Part shown: positions 38,872 through 48,146 of the stretch, piece by piece
Numbering within the stretch: position 1 is the stretch's first letter
Layout of the letters: the number at the start of each line of letters is the position of its first letter
Assembly: GCA_022820825.1 (NCBI GenBank)
Contig: JAJEEU010000101.1
Coordinates: forward strand, 38,682 to 102,681
DNA from: Vicinamibacteria bacterium
GTDB taxonomy: Bacteria; Acidobacteriota; Vicinamibacteria; Vicinamibacterales; UBA8438
Reading direction: 5' to 3'
Length of the DNA stretch: 64,000 nt
Notes under the pieces: model-generated
The model's input: only the letters and a program-made list of their open reading frames with translations
Told to the model about the DNA's origin: nothing
Database searches by the model: none
Program-made: the position numbers and the translations under genes

Positions 38872-40193
38872 AGCCGGGACGCCTCCTCGCGATCCGTGCC
38901 CGCAGCCGGGGAGGACCGCGGCCGCAGGCGCGCGATCAGTCGGCGCGGAACCTCGGCCTCCACCGATATCCGATCGCCATTCGCCACCTGCCGCAGCACC
39001 CGGCTGTGGCGATGCAGGGCGGCCAGACGCTGCCGGTCGTCACGGGCGGTGTGGTCGAACTCGAGCGTGACGCGGCTGGTGTCCATCTCGACGGACCGCA
39101 TCACGCGGCGCACCAGGTCCTCCGTGCCGAATCCGGTACGCGCCGAAATGCACACCGCGTCGCCGGCGGTCCGCGGCAGGCGCGCCACGTCCACGTCGTC
39201 CACGCGGTCGCACTTGTTGAACACCAGCAGTTGCGGCAGCTTTGCGCAGCCGACCTCATCGAGCACGCGGTGGACGGCGGCCAGCCTTTCCTCCCGGGCC
39301 GGATGGCTGGCGTCGACCACGTGCAGCAGCAGATCCGCCTCGGCCACCTCTTCCAGTGTTGCCCGAAAGGCGGCCACGAGCGTGTGCGGCAAGCGGTCGA
39401 TGAAGCCGACCGTATCCGACAGCAGCACCGTCTGGCGGTCGGGGAGCCGCATGGGACGCACCAACGGATCGAGCGTCGCGAACAGCTTGCCGGAAGCGAG
39501 CGCGTCACTGCGCGTCAGGCGGTTGAACAACGACGTCTTGCCGGCGTTGGTATAGCCGACCAGAGCGACAGTGGGTACGGCGTCCTTCTGCCGGCGGTCG
39601 CGCGATCGCGCGCGGCGCCGGCGCACCGCTTCCAGCTCCCGCGTCAGCCGGCTGATGCGGTGGCGGATCCTCCGCCTGTCGCTCTCGAGCTTGGTTTCGC
39701 CCGGGCCGCGCGTGCCGATGCCGGCGCCCAACCGCGACAGGGCGACGCCGGCGCCGGTCAATCTCGGCAGCAGGTACTTCAACTGCGCCAGCTCGACCTG
39801 CAGGCGCCCCTCCCGCGTGCGGGCGCGCGACGCGAAGATGTCCAGTATCAACTGCGTGCGGTCCACGACGCGGCGATCGAGCGTCTTTTCCAGGTTTCGC
39901 AACTGGACCGGCGTCAGCTCCGCGTCCACTACCACCAGATCGATCGCCGTCTCGGCGCAGGCGGCGGCCAGCGCCTCCGCCTTGCCGCGCCCCAGGAAAA
40001 GCGCCGGCGAAGGATTTTCGCGCTCCTGGACGGAGCGCAGCGTGACGACGGCGCCGGCCGTGCTTGCCAGTCCGGCCAACTCGTCGAGGGAGGCCTCCAC
40101 GACGTGACGGCTGCGCACGCCGAAAGCCAGCCCGATTACCGCTGCGCGCTCCTGCGGCCGGGCCTGCCGCTCGCCGGCGTGTGTCCGCGTCAC
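38868..40193 (-). CDS. hflX: GTPase HflX
   Basis: The HflX N-domain (LTPVQLRNLE...VVDRTQLILDIFA.RA.TREG.LQVELAQL) is followed by a GTPase domain (GYTNAGKTSLFN, DTVGF, NKCD). The start was re-set to the GTG at 40191-40193, because the track ORF's first ~40 codons are repeat A3. Confidence 0.88.
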   Translation of the reverse strand: MTRTHAGERQARPQERAAVIGLAFGVRSRHVVEASLDELAGLASTAGAVVTLRSVQERENPSPALFLGRGKAEALAAACAETAIDLVVVDAELTPVQLRNLEKTLDRRVVDRTQLILDIFASRARTREGRLQVELAQLKYLLPRLTGAGVALSRLGAGIGTRGPGETKLESDRRRIRHRISRLTRELEAVRRRRARSRDRRQKDAVPTVALVGYTNAGKTSLFNRLTRSDALASGKLFATLDPLVRPMRLPDRQTVLLSDTVGFIDRLPHTLVAAFRATLEEVAEADLLLHVVDASHPAREERLAAVHRVLDEVGCAKLPQLLVFNKCDRVDDVDVARLPRTAGDAVCISARTGFGTEDLVRRVMRSVEMDTSRVTLEFDHTARDDRQRLAALHRHSRVLRQVANGDRISVEAEVPRRLIARLRPRSSPAAGTDREEASRL

Positions 40194-40215
40194 TACGGCG
40201 AGTTTAGCAGCATTG

Positions 40216-40340
40216 TTACTTGGGGCTGCGCCCCAAACCCCCGCCGGCCACTCGCGGGGACCCCTTCGCCCCACTCCGTGGCCGGCGGGCCGCGCCGTGC
40301 GCGGCCTGGGCGCCGACATGTGAGGCGCACGTCGGCGCCC
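40216..40340 (+). repeat. family A structured intergenic repeat, copy A3
   Basis: It matches the A2 core through hairpin 3. Terminal hairpin 4 is replaced by the unrelated GGGCGCCGAC-13nt-GTCGGCGCCC. It fills the tsaC/hflX gap. Confidence 0.85.
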
Positions 40341-40358
40341 TGCCTGTTTCCAGCTTGA

Positions 40359-41030
40359 TCAGTTTGCGTCGGGCTCATTGTGGGGGTTGCCGCAGGCGGC
40401 CAGGACGCGGTCCCATTCGACGGCGCCGGGGCGCAGCAGCAGCGGCGCCGAGCCGCGTGCGTCCACGATCGTCGACGGCGCGGTGCCGTCCGACGGACCC
40501 GCGTCCAGGACGCAGGCGAGGTCGCGGCCGACCGCTTCGGCGGCGGACGCGGCAGTTGTCGCGGGCGGCGCCCCGGAGCGGTTGGCGCTGGTCGCCGTCA
40601 CCGGGTGGCCCAGCGCCGCGGCGAGCGCACGCGCCACCGCGTGGTCGGGCACGCGCACGGCGACGGTTGCGCCGCCTCCGAGCAGCCGCGGGCTCAATGC
40701 GGCCGAGGCGGCCACCACGAGCGTAAGCGGGCCCGGCCAGAAACGCCGGGCCAGTGCGCGCGCGAGCGGTGTGAGCCGGCCGGCGTCCCGCGCGACCTGC
40801 TCCATGCTGGCGGCGATGAGCGGCACCGCCATGGCGGCCGGCCGGCCCTTCGCCCGAAACAACCGATCCACCGCGTCCGGACGCCGTGGATCCACTGCCA
40901 GGCCGTACAACGTATCCGTCGGGTACGCCACGAGCCGTCCGTCGGCCAGCAGCCTCGCGGCGCGGCGCACGACAGCGGGGTCCGGAGCCAGACGGTCGAC
41001 GGGAACAATCCCCGGAGTAGGATCAGGCAT
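40359..41030 (-). CDS. tsaC: L-threonylcarbamoyladenylate synthase (TsaC/YrdC/Sua5 family)
   Basis: LADGRLVAYPTDTLYGLAVDP...FRAKGRP...PLI...WPGPLTLV...TSANRSG are YrdC-domain motifs. ATG at 41028-41030 (MPDPTPG...). Confidence 0.85.
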   Translation of the reverse strand: MPDPTPGIVPVDRLAPDPAVVRRAARLLADGRLVAYPTDTLYGLAVDPRRPDAVDRLFRAKGRPAAMAVPLIAASMEQVARDAGRLTPLARALARRFWPGPLTLVVAASAALSPRLLGGGATVAVRVPDHAVARALAAALGHPVTATSANRSGAPPATTAASAAEAVGRDLACVLDAGPSDGTAPSTIVDARGSAPLLLRPGAVEWDRVLAACGNPHNEPDAN

Positions 41031-41198
41031 GGTGTCAACGTCCGCGGATCGCACCAGAACGACGAAGAAGCCGCGCAGGCCGCGCGCCCCGCTGCCGCGG
41101 CAACGGGGCGGACCGCATGAGGACAAGACGAGGCGGCCGTTCCGGCAGCGCAAGCACAGGCGGCCGGTCGACCGCGAAGCCCCGGAATCGGACTCCTA

Positions 41199-41358
41199 GC
41201 AGTCCGTGGTGAAACCCCGCGTCGCACCGAGAGCGGCGAGGCGCGCGGCTGACAAGGCGCGAAGAGCGAGCATATTCGAAGATATGTGAGCGATGAGCAA
41301 CACAGTCAGGCGTGATGCATCGGCGCTCGAATGCAGCGGGGCTTTTGCCACGGGCTGC
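41199..41358 (+). mobile_element. family B hairpin element (MITE-like or structured RNA), copy B1, 160 bp, TA-flanked
   Basis: It has imperfect ~30-nt terminal inverted repeats, GCAGTCCGTGGTGAAACCCCGCGTCGCA ... TGCAGCGGGGCTTTTGCCACGGGCTGC. TA dinucleotides flank it at 41197-98 and 41359-60. It ends 2 nt from the glpX stop. Confidence 0.6.
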
Positions 41359-41360
41359 TA

Positions 41361-42344
41361 CTAGAAGCGCAGCCCCCGCCGCCGCGCCTGCGCCTTGACG
41401 TGAATCGTGTCGATGAACTGCACGCGGTGCGGGTTCGTCTGCATCACCACGGAGCTAGTGCGGCACCCTTCGCCGAAGAACCGCACACCCTTCATCAACG
41501 CTCCCTCGGTGACGCCTGTCGCCGCGAACGTAATGTTCTCGCCCGAAGCCAGGTCCTCCGCCCGGTAGACCCGGGACGGATCGTCGATGCCCATGGATTC
41601 GGCGCGCGCCCGTTTTTCCGGCGTGTCCAGCACCAGGCGGCCGAATATCTCGCCGCCGAGGCAGCGCATCGCCGCGGCCGCAATCACGCCTTCCGGTGCG
41701 CCGCCGCTGCCCATGACCGCGTGCACGCCGCTGCCGACCACCGCCGCACCGATGGCCGCGGTCAGGTCGCCGTCCGTGATGAGCCGAATCCGCGCGCCGG
41801 CGTCCCGGATCTCGGCGATCAGCCGCTCGTGCCGCTTGCGGTCGAGCACCACGATCACGAGATCCGACACCTCGCGGTCGAGACAGCGCGCAATCTGGTG
41901 CAGGTTGTGGGCTACGGGGGCATCGAGATCGACGGAGCGCTTCGACTGCGCGCCGACGACGAGTTTCTCCATGTAGACGTCGGGCGCGTGCAGCAACCCG
42001 CCCCGCTCCGATGCGGCCAGCACGGCTATGGCCCGCGGCGCGCCGGTGGCGCACAGGTTCGTGCCTTCCAGCGGATCGACTGCAATGTCGATCTCCGGCA
42101 GTCCGTTTTCGCCGTTCGCCCCGCGGCCGACCCGCTCGCCGATGTACAGCATCGGCGCCTTGTCGCGCTCGCCTTCTCCGATGACCACGCGGCCGTCTAT
42201 GGGCACGCTGTCGAGCCGCGCGCGCATCGCCTCCACCGCCACCTGATCGGACCGGTGGCGGTCGCCCTGCCCCATCGTATGGGCGCAGGCTATCGCGGCC
42301 TGCTCGACGACATCGAGGAATGCGTGTGAAAGTTCCGCCTCCAT
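41361..42344 (-). CDS. glpX: fructose-1,6-bisphosphatase class II
   Basis: 327 aa with full-length GlpX-like sequence ([30 protein letters not shown]). The TAG stop is followed in frame by a second TAG supplied by the B1 flank. Confidence 0.92.
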   Translation of the reverse strand: MEAELSHAFLDVVEQAAIACAHTMGQGDRHRSDQVAVEAMRARLDSVPIDGRVVIGEGERDKAPMLYIGERVGRGANGENGLPEIDIAVDPLEGTNLCATGAPRAIAVLAASERGGLLHAPDVYMEKLVVGAQSKRSVDLDAPVAHNLHQIARCLDREVSDLVIVVLDRKRHERLIAEIRDAGARIRLITDGDLTAAIGAAVVGSGVHAVMGSGGAPEGVIAAAAMRCLGGEIFGRLVLDTPEKRARAESMGIDDPSRVYRAEDLASGENITFAATGVTEGALMKGVRFFGEGCRTSSVVMQTNPHRVQFIDTIHVKAQARRRGLRF

Positions 42345-42389
42345 GGTGCTCCTCTGCGCCCGGGGACCGTGCGCGCCTCCGTCGGCGCT

Positions 42390-43181
42390 TCACTCCTGCC
42401 GCACGACGACCGCTGCGCCGCGTTCGACGCCCAGCCGGTCGACGGCGCTGCTGGAGCTGGCGGCAAACTCCAGGTGTTCCGTGCCGCCGAAAAGCGCGCA
42501 CACCTCGTCGTCGCCTATCTCCGTGTAGGTCTCGACCAGTCGGCCTATGACGTGCGGTCCCACTTCAATCTGAATCGATCCGCGCTGCGCCACGCTCTCG
42601 AACGCCTTCCGGTCGATGTTCGAGACGACGTTGCCGAAACGATCGATGCGCAACACCTGTCCCACGACGCGATCGTCAGCCAGGTCCGGCACCGGTACGT
42701 CCAGCACGCGGTAGTCACGCAACGGCCGTCCAAGCGCCGACAGTTGCACGCCCTTGGCGATCCAGGCTGCCGCGGGCGCGAAACGGTCGCGTCCCTCGAA
42801 TGTGCGGCTCACCGTGGGCCGGGCATAGCGCCGCTCCGTCAGCTCCACCACGCGCCGCGGCGGCTGCTCGCCCAGGACGGCAGTCAGCACGCCGTTGTCC
42901 GGAGCAACGAAACGGTAGTCGCCGACGTCGGCCGCAACGCCGCGGCGGTCGGAACCGACGCCGGGATCGACCACGACGAGGAATACGCTGCCAACCGGAA
43001 AATAGCGGTAGGCCGCAGCCAGCTCCAATGCCGCGGTGAGCACGTCGTGTGCGGGAATCTCATGGGAGATGTCGACCAGCGTTGCCTCGGGACAAATATT
43101 GAGCACGACGCCCTTCATCGCCCCGACGTAGTGATCGCGGAAGCCGAAGTCACTCAACAATGCAACTACGGGCCGTGCCAT
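42390..43181 (-). CDS. SAM hydroxide adenosyltransferase family protein (DUF62)
   Basis: VALLSDFGFRDHYVGAMKGVVLNICPEATLVDISHEIP...YFPVGSVFLVVVDPGVGSDRR matches the DUF62/SAM-HAT N-domain pattern. Confidence 0.85.
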   Translation of the reverse strand: MARPVVALLSDFGFRDHYVGAMKGVVLNICPEATLVDISHEIPAHDVLTAALELAAAYRYFPVGSVFLVVVDPGVGSDRRGVAADVGDYRFVAPDNGVLTAVLGEQPPRRVVELTERRYARPTVSRTFEGRDRFAPAAAWIAKGVQLSALGRPLRDYRVLDVPVPDLADDRVVGQVLRIDRFGNVVSNIDRKAFESVAQRGSIQIEVGPHVIGRLVETYTEIGDDEVCALFGGTEHLEFAASSSSAVDRLGVERGAAVVVRQE

Positions 43182-43219
43182 TCACCTCCCCCTGCGGCTG
43201 TCCGCCGCATGCTGCAACA

Positions 43220-43888
43220 TCATGCTGCGGCGGTCGCCGGGTTGGCCTTCCGCAACAACACCTCCCGCGTGCGGCTCTTGAGCAGCACGGTCTTGACTGC
43301 TTGCAGCCCCTCGAACAGCACCTCCAGCTCGCGGTGCTTGAGCGGCCGCTCGACGCCCTGCGCGGCATCGTCGCTCCGGTGCACGCAAACCCGGTCCAGG
43401 CCGGCGATCTCGTACACCAGACGCCCCGAAAACGCCCGCTGATCCACGCGCTGGTACAGCAGCAGGACGCCGGCCGGACTCAGCACGCGATAGAGCTCGG
43501 CCGCCAGCGCCCACCGTGCCGCGTCGTCGAGATGATCGAGAACATCCCAGCACAGTACACCGTCGACGCTCTCGTCCGGCTGCGACAGGCGCGGCCGCCA
43601 CGTGTCGTCGTTGCCGCTCGGCCCAGCGGGCCGTTTTCCCAGCAGATCCTCGATGAAGACCTTGCACGCGACTTCCTCACCCAGAAATGTGACGTTCGTT
43701 CCGACGGCGGGACCCAGGTCGAGAACGACAGGCGCGGGCTTCGCCCTGACCGCGGCCACGAAGTCGGACAATACGTGCGTCGTGCGATAGGTTTCCGGGG
43801 GCGGACCCTGTGTTTCGGCGCTCGCGACGGGCGGCGGCCGGCGCCGCAGCCTGGTCGCCAGGGCGCCAAAGTACCCGCTTCGGGTCAT
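43220..43888 (-). CDS. class I SAM-methyltransferase-like protein (degenerate motif I)
   Basis: VVLDLGPAVG (GxGxG degenerated to GPAVG), ...DGVLCWDVLDHL...LSPAGVLLL gives a methyltransferase-fold pattern. Confidence 0.6.
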   Translation of the reverse strand: MTRSGYFGALATRLRRRPPPVASAETQGPPPETYRTTHVLSDFVAAVRAKPAPVVLDLGPAVGTNVTFLGEEVACKVFIEDLLGKRPAGPSGNDDTWRPRLSQPDESVDGVLCWDVLDHLDDAARWALAAELYRVLSPAGVLLLYQRVDQRAFSGRLVYEIAGLDRVCVHRSDDAAQGVERPLKHRELEVLFEGLQAVKTVLLKSRTREVLLRKANPATAAA

Positions 43889-43946
43889 TGGCTTCCTCGC
43901 ATTCGGCGGGCCGAGGCGGCGCGGTATCGAGTACCGGGGGCCTCAG

Positions 43947-44606
43947 CTACGCCTTGCGGACCGGAGCCACTTGAGCGGATGGGGTCTCCTGCTTGGCACT
44001 GCTCCGCGACCGCGCCGCATGCGCCCCGTCGCCGGCGGAGCCGGCTGTGGCTCCCGCACCGGCCGCGCCGGCCGGACTTGCGGAACCGGCCGCACCAGCC
44101 GCTGCTGCCGCAGCCGCCGGCTTTGCGCTCTCCGCGCGCCGCATGTCGATGCTGCCCCTGAAGTGGGCGCCCTCCGCAATTGCCACACGCGGCGAGGATA
44201 TGTCTCCGTCGACCACGCCCTTCTCCTGGATGCTGACCTTCTCGACGGCCGTGACGTTACCCAGAACCTCGCCGATGATGACTACGGTCTTGGCAAATAT
44301 CTGCGCCTTGACCTTGCCGGACTCGCCCACCGTCAGCAGGTTCTGATTCAAATCGATCTTGCCTTCGACGCGCCCTTCGACCCGGAGATCCTCGTTGCCG
44401 CTCAACTCGCCCTTGACGACAATCGACTTGCCGATGCCCACGATGCCGTTGCTATCCTCCATGGCGCCACTCCGATCAGTCTTCCGCACATTGGGCTCGC
44501 GCCCGACTGTCTTTGGGCTGGACACCACGTCTTCCACGGAGTGCCCAGGTCGACTCGGCTGAGGACGCACCGGAATCTCCGGTTCCTCCCGCCTCCACAT
44601 TGCCAT
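43947..44606 (-). CDS. bactofilin (DUF583) cytoskeletal protein
   Basis: The central beta-helical repeat region IVVKGELSGNEDLRVEGRVEGKIDL...VKAQIFAKTVVIIGEVLGNV...GDISSPRVAIAEGAHFRGSIDM has disordered Pro/Ala-rich termini. ATG at 44600 is an alternative start. Confidence 0.85.
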   Translation of the reverse strand: MAMWRREEPEIPVRPQPSRPGHSVEDVVSSPKTVGREPNVRKTDRSGAMEDSNGIVGIGKSIVVKGELSGNEDLRVEGRVEGKIDLNQNLLTVGESGKVKAQIFAKTVVIIGEVLGNVTAVEKVSIQEKGVVDGDISSPRVAIAEGAHFRGSIDMRRAESAKPAAAAAAAGAAGSASPAGAAGAGATAGSAGDGAHAARSRSSAKQETPSAQVAPVRKA

Positions 44607-44676
44607 TTATACCCCCAACGGAACAGCGAACCGAACCGATAGTATACGAGCACTCCCGCGAAGGTGTCTAGGAACG

Positions 44677-45909
44677 GTGCGCCTCGGCGCGACGCCGCCA
44701 GAGGCCCCGTTGCGGGCGCCGGTGGTAAGATCCCCGGAAGTGCGCACATACCTGGACCACAACGCGACCACGCCGCTCGCACCGGCCGTGCTGGAGACGA
44801 TGATCCCGGTTCTGCGCGAGCAGTTCGGCAACGCTTCCAGCGTGCACGTGTTCGGCCAGATGGCCAAGGCCCAGGTCGACGGCGCACGCGCGGCGGTCGC
44901 CGATCTGATCGGCGCCCGGCCCCAGGAAATCGTCTTCGCCAGCGGCGGCACCGAAGCGGACAACCTGGCCATCCGGGGCGTCGCCGAGGCGGCCGCGCCG
45001 GGCCGCAAGCGGCACATCGTGGCGAGCGCCATCGAGCACGAGGCGGTGCTCAAGACCTTGAAGGTGTTGAACCGGCACGGTTGGAAGACGTCGCTGGTTC
45101 CTGTCGCGGAGAACGGCATCGTGGCGCCGGACGCGCTCGAGGCAGCGCTGACCGACGAGACGGTGCTCGTCTCCGTCATGCACGCCAACAACGAGATCGG
45201 CACGGTGCAACCGATCGCGGAGCTGGCCGCCATGGCCCACCGGCGCGGTGCGCTGTTCCACACGGACGCGGTGCAGTCGGCCGGCAAGCTGCCGCTCGCG
45301 GTGGACGAGCTCGGCGTCGACCTGCTGTCGCTTTCCGCGCACAAGCTGAACGGACCGAAGGGCGTCGGGGCGCTGTGGGTGCGTCGCGGCCTGCGGCTGG
45401 TCGCCGGCCAGACCGGCGGCGGGCAGGAACGCAATCGGCGCGCCGGGACCGAGAATGTACCGGGCATCGCCGGGTTCGGGGCCGCGGCCCGGCTCGCGGC
45501 CGAGGCGGCCGGCGCGGGACGGACGGATATCGCCGCCCTGCGCGACCGGCTCGAAACCGGAATTCTCGACGGCGTGCCGGGCACGGTTGTCAACGGCGAC
45601 CGCGAGCGGCGGGTCCCGAACACCACGAACATCAGCTTCGAGGGCGTGGAAGCCGAGTCGCTGCTCATTGCGCTCGACCTCGAGGGAGTGGCGGTCTCCA
45701 CCGGCTCGGCCTGCTCGTCCGGAACGCTCGAGCCGTCTCACGTGCTGCAGGCGATGGGCTGCCCGCCGCACCGCACGCAGAGCTCCATCCGCTTCAGCCT
45801 CGGGCTCGGCAACACGACCGGGCAGATCGACCGCGTCGTCGAGATCATGCCGCGCGTAGTCGGCAAGCTGCGCACGCTGGCGCGGCCGCCGCAAACCGTG
45901 GGAGCCTAG
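44677..45909 (+). CDS. cysteine desulfurase (NifS/IscS class)
   Basis: YLDHNATTP, the SAHKLNGPKG PLP-lysine motif and the SSGSACSS active-site Cys loop are present. Start is GTG 44677 or, giving a more typical N-terminus, GTG 44740. Confidence 0.9.
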   Translation: MRLGATPPEAPLRAPVVRSPEVRTYLDHNATTPLAPAVLETMIPVLREQFGNASSVHVFGQMAKAQVDGARAAVADLIGARPQEIVFASGGTEADNLAIRGVAEAAAPGRKRHIVASAIEHEAVLKTLKVLNRHGWKTSLVPVAENGIVAPDALEAALTDETVLVSVMHANNEIGTVQPIAELAAMAHRRGALFHTDAVQSAGKLPLAVDELGVDLLSLSAHKLNGPKGVGALWVRRGLRLVAGQTGGGQERNRRAGTENVPGIAGFGAAARLAAEAAGAGRTDIAALRDRLETGILDGVPGTVVNGDRERRVPNTTNISFEGVEAESLLIALDLEGVAVSTGSACSSGTLEPSHVLQAMGCPPHRTQSSIRFSLGLGNTTGQIDRVVEIMPRVVGKLRTLARPPQTVGA

Positions 45910-45922
45910 CAGGACTCCGGGC

Positions 45923-46984
45923 ATGCGTATCGTCGCAGCGATGTCGGGCGGCGTCGATTCGTCCGTCGCCGCGGCGCTCCTCGCCGAGGCGGGCCACGAG
46001 GTCGTCGGGCTTTCGATGCAGCTCTACGACCAGCGCGGGGATGAGACGCGCTTCGGTAGCTGCTGCACCCTCGACGACCTGCACGACGCGCGCCGCGTGG
46101 CGGCGGTGCTGGACATACCCCACTACATCATGAACTTCGAGCGGCAGTTCGACGACCACGTGGTCTCGAACTTCGTGCGCGACTACATGGCCGCCCGCAC
46201 GCCGATTCCGTGCGTCCGCTGCAACGGCGACCTGAAGTTCGCCACGCTGCTCGACCGCGCCCGGGGGCTGGATGCGCCCGTGGTGGCGACAGGCCACTAC
46301 GCCCGTGTCGAGCAGGCGGCCGACGGCACGCATCTGCTCAAGCGCGGCGTCGACGCCGACAAGGATCAGTCGTATTTCCTGTTCACGCTGACCCAGCCGC
46401 AACTCGCCGGCGCGCGCTTTCCCCTCGGGGCGCTGCGCAAGCCGGAGGTCCGCGCCTACGCGGCGGCGCGCGCCCTGCCGGTCGCGGACAAGCCCGACAG
46501 CCATGAGATTTGCTTCGTGCCCGACGGCGACTACGCGGCCTTCGTCGAGCGGCGCACGCCGCAGGCGGTTTCGCCGGGCCGCATCGTCGACGGCGCCGGG
46601 CGCACGCTTGGACACCACGACGGCGTCCACCGGTTCACGGTCGGACAACGCAAGGGACTCGGCCTGTCCAGCCACCTGCCGCTGTACGTCACGGCGCTCG
46701 ACGCCGCGTCCGGACGCGTAACCGTCGGCCCGCGCCAGGCGCTGGAGCGGTCGACCCTTTCCGCGTCCGCGGTGAACTGGATTGCCGGCTCGCCGCCCGC
46801 CGCACCCATCCGCGCGACCGCCCGGATCAGGTACCGGCACCGGGAGGCCGCCGCATGCATTACCCCGTTGGGCGACGACGCGGCGCGGGTGGAATTCGAC
46901 GAGCCGCAGGCTGCAATTGCTCCCGGTCAGGCCGTCGTCTTCTACCGGGGGGACACCGTGCTGGGCGGCGGCTGGATCGACTAG
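45923..46984 (+). CDS. mnmA: tRNA 2-thiouridine(34) synthase
   Basis: [17 protein letters not shown] (PP-loop) and full-length MnmA-like sequence. Stop TAG at 46982-46984 overlaps the trxB stop on the other strand. Confidence 0.93.
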   Translation: MRIVAAMSGGVDSSVAAALLAEAGHEVVGLSMQLYDQRGDETRFGSCCTLDDLHDARRVAAVLDIPHYIMNFERQFDDHVVSNFVRDYMAARTPIPCVRCNGDLKFATLLDRARGLDAPVVATGHYARVEQAADGTHLLKRGVDADKDQSYFLFTLTQPQLAGARFPLGALRKPEVRAYAAARALPVADKPDSHEICFVPDGDYAAFVERRTPQAVSPGRIVDGAGRTLGHHDGVHRFTVGQRKGLGLSSHLPLYVTALDAASGRVTVGPRQALERSTLSASAVNWIAGSPPAAPIRATARIRYRHREAAACITPLGDDAARVEFDEPQAAIAPGQAVVFYRGDTVLGGGWID

Positions 46985-47973
46985 CCGGGGGTTTGGGGCG
47001 CAGCCCCATCTAACGATGCCGCCTCTGTCGCGTCCTCGGCTGCGGCGTCGGTTTCCGGCAGGCTCTCGAGATAGCGCTCGGCGTCGATCGCCGCCATGCA
47101 GCCGGACCCGGCCGCGGTGATCGCCTGCCGGTACACGTGATCCTGGACGTCTCCCGCCGCGAACACGCCGGGGACGCTCGTGCGCGCACCGCCGCGCGGA
47201 ACGATGTAGCCGTTGGCGTCCAGCTCCATCTGTCCCTTGAACAGGCCGGTGTTGGGTGTGTGGCCGATCGCCACGAACACCCCCTCCACGGCCAGCGTCC
47301 TGAGCGCGCCCGTCTTCAGGTTCCGCAGCGCAACGCCGGTGACGACGCCCTTCTCCGTGTCGGTTATGTCATCGACGACGGCGTCCCACTCGAACGAGAT
47401 CTTCGGGTTCCTGAACGCCTTGTCCTGCATGATCTTCGACGCGCGCAGCGTGTCGCGGCGGTGCACCACGGTGACGTGCGAGGCAAACTTGGTGAGGAAC
47501 GTAGCCTCTTCCATGGCGGAATCGCCGCCGCCGACGACGGCAATCGGCTTGCCGCGGAAAAAATAGCCGTCGCAGGTCGCGCAAGTCGACACGCCGTGCC
47601 CCATCAGGGTGCGCTCGGACGGCAGCCCCAGCAGCCTTGCCGACGCACCGGTGGCGATGATGAGGGTGCGGCCGCGATACGCCGTGTCGCTCGTGGTCAC
47701 GACGAACGGCGGCCGGCCGAGCTTCACCCCGGTGACGTCGCCGGTCACGAACTCCGTGCCGAACCGCTCCGCCTGGGCCCGCATCTCGGCCATCAGATCG
47801 GGACCCATGATGCCGTCGCGAAACCCCGGATAGTTCTCGACGGCAGTCGTCAGCATCAGTTGGCCGCCCGACTCCAGGCCCTCGATCAACAGCGGGTTCA
47901 GATTGGCGCGGGCGGCGTACAGCGCGGCGGTCAGTCCCGCCGGGCCGGAGCCGATGATGATGACCTGGCGCAT
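46981..47973 (-). CDS. trxB: thioredoxin-disulfide reductase
   Basis: [23 protein letters not shown], the redox-active CATCDG, and [10 protein letters not shown] are present. ATG at 47971-47973; the GTG at 48015 used by the track lies inside element B2. Confidence 0.93.
   Translation of the reverse strand: MRQVIIIGSGPAGLTAALYAARANLNPLLIEGLESGGQLMLTTAVENYPGFRDGIMGPDLMAEMRAQAERFGTEFVTGDVTGVKLGRPPFVVTTSDTAYRGRTLIIATGASARLLGLPSERTLMGHGVSTCATCDGYFFRGKPIAVVGGGDSAMEEATFLTKFASHVTVVHRRDTLRASKIMQDKAFRNPKISFEWDAVVDDITDTEKGVVTGVALRNLKTGALRTLAVEGVFVAIGHTPNTGLFKGQMELDANGYIVPRGGARTSVPGVFAAGDVQDHVYRQAITAAGSGCMAAIDAERYLESLPETDAAAEDATEAASLDGAAPQTPG
46985..47012 (-). repeat. family A repeat fragment A4 (5' hairpin only)
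   Basis: Read on the minus strand, TAGATGGGGCTGCGCCCCAAACCCCCGG carries hairpin 1 plus the C-run. It shares the TAGATGGGGC variant 5' end with A2 and lies inside the last 9 codons of trxB. Confidence 0.6.
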
Positions 47974-47986
47974 CGCGGGCGGGTTA

Positions 47987-48146
47987 GCAGTCCGTGGCGA
48001 AACCCCGCGTCGCACCGAGAGCGGCGAGGCGCGCGGCTGGCAAGGCGCGAGAAGCGAGCATATTCAACCATATGTGAGCGACGAGCAACACAGTCAGGCG
48101 TGATGCATCGTCGCTCGAATGCAGCGGGGCCTTCGCCACGGGCTGC
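47987..48146 (+). mobile_element. family B hairpin element, copy B2, 160 bp, TA-flanked
   Basis: About 93% identical to B1 by hand alignment. TA dinucleotides sit at 47985-86 and 47147+1000 equivalent 48147-48. Its last C plus the flanking TA form the TAG stop of the S11 peptidase gene. Its other end is 13 nt from the trxB ATG. Confidence 0.6.

Noticed and set aside
47974-48015. N-terminal extension of TrxB from the GTG at 48015, and similarly of HflX from 40319 and of the 55391 ORF from 56350.
   Set aside because: The extra codons are translations of repeat elements B2, A3 and A5. The same peptide strings ([17 protein letters not shown]...) recur in unrelated ORFs. They would also displace the N-terminal Rossmann and GTPase domains.
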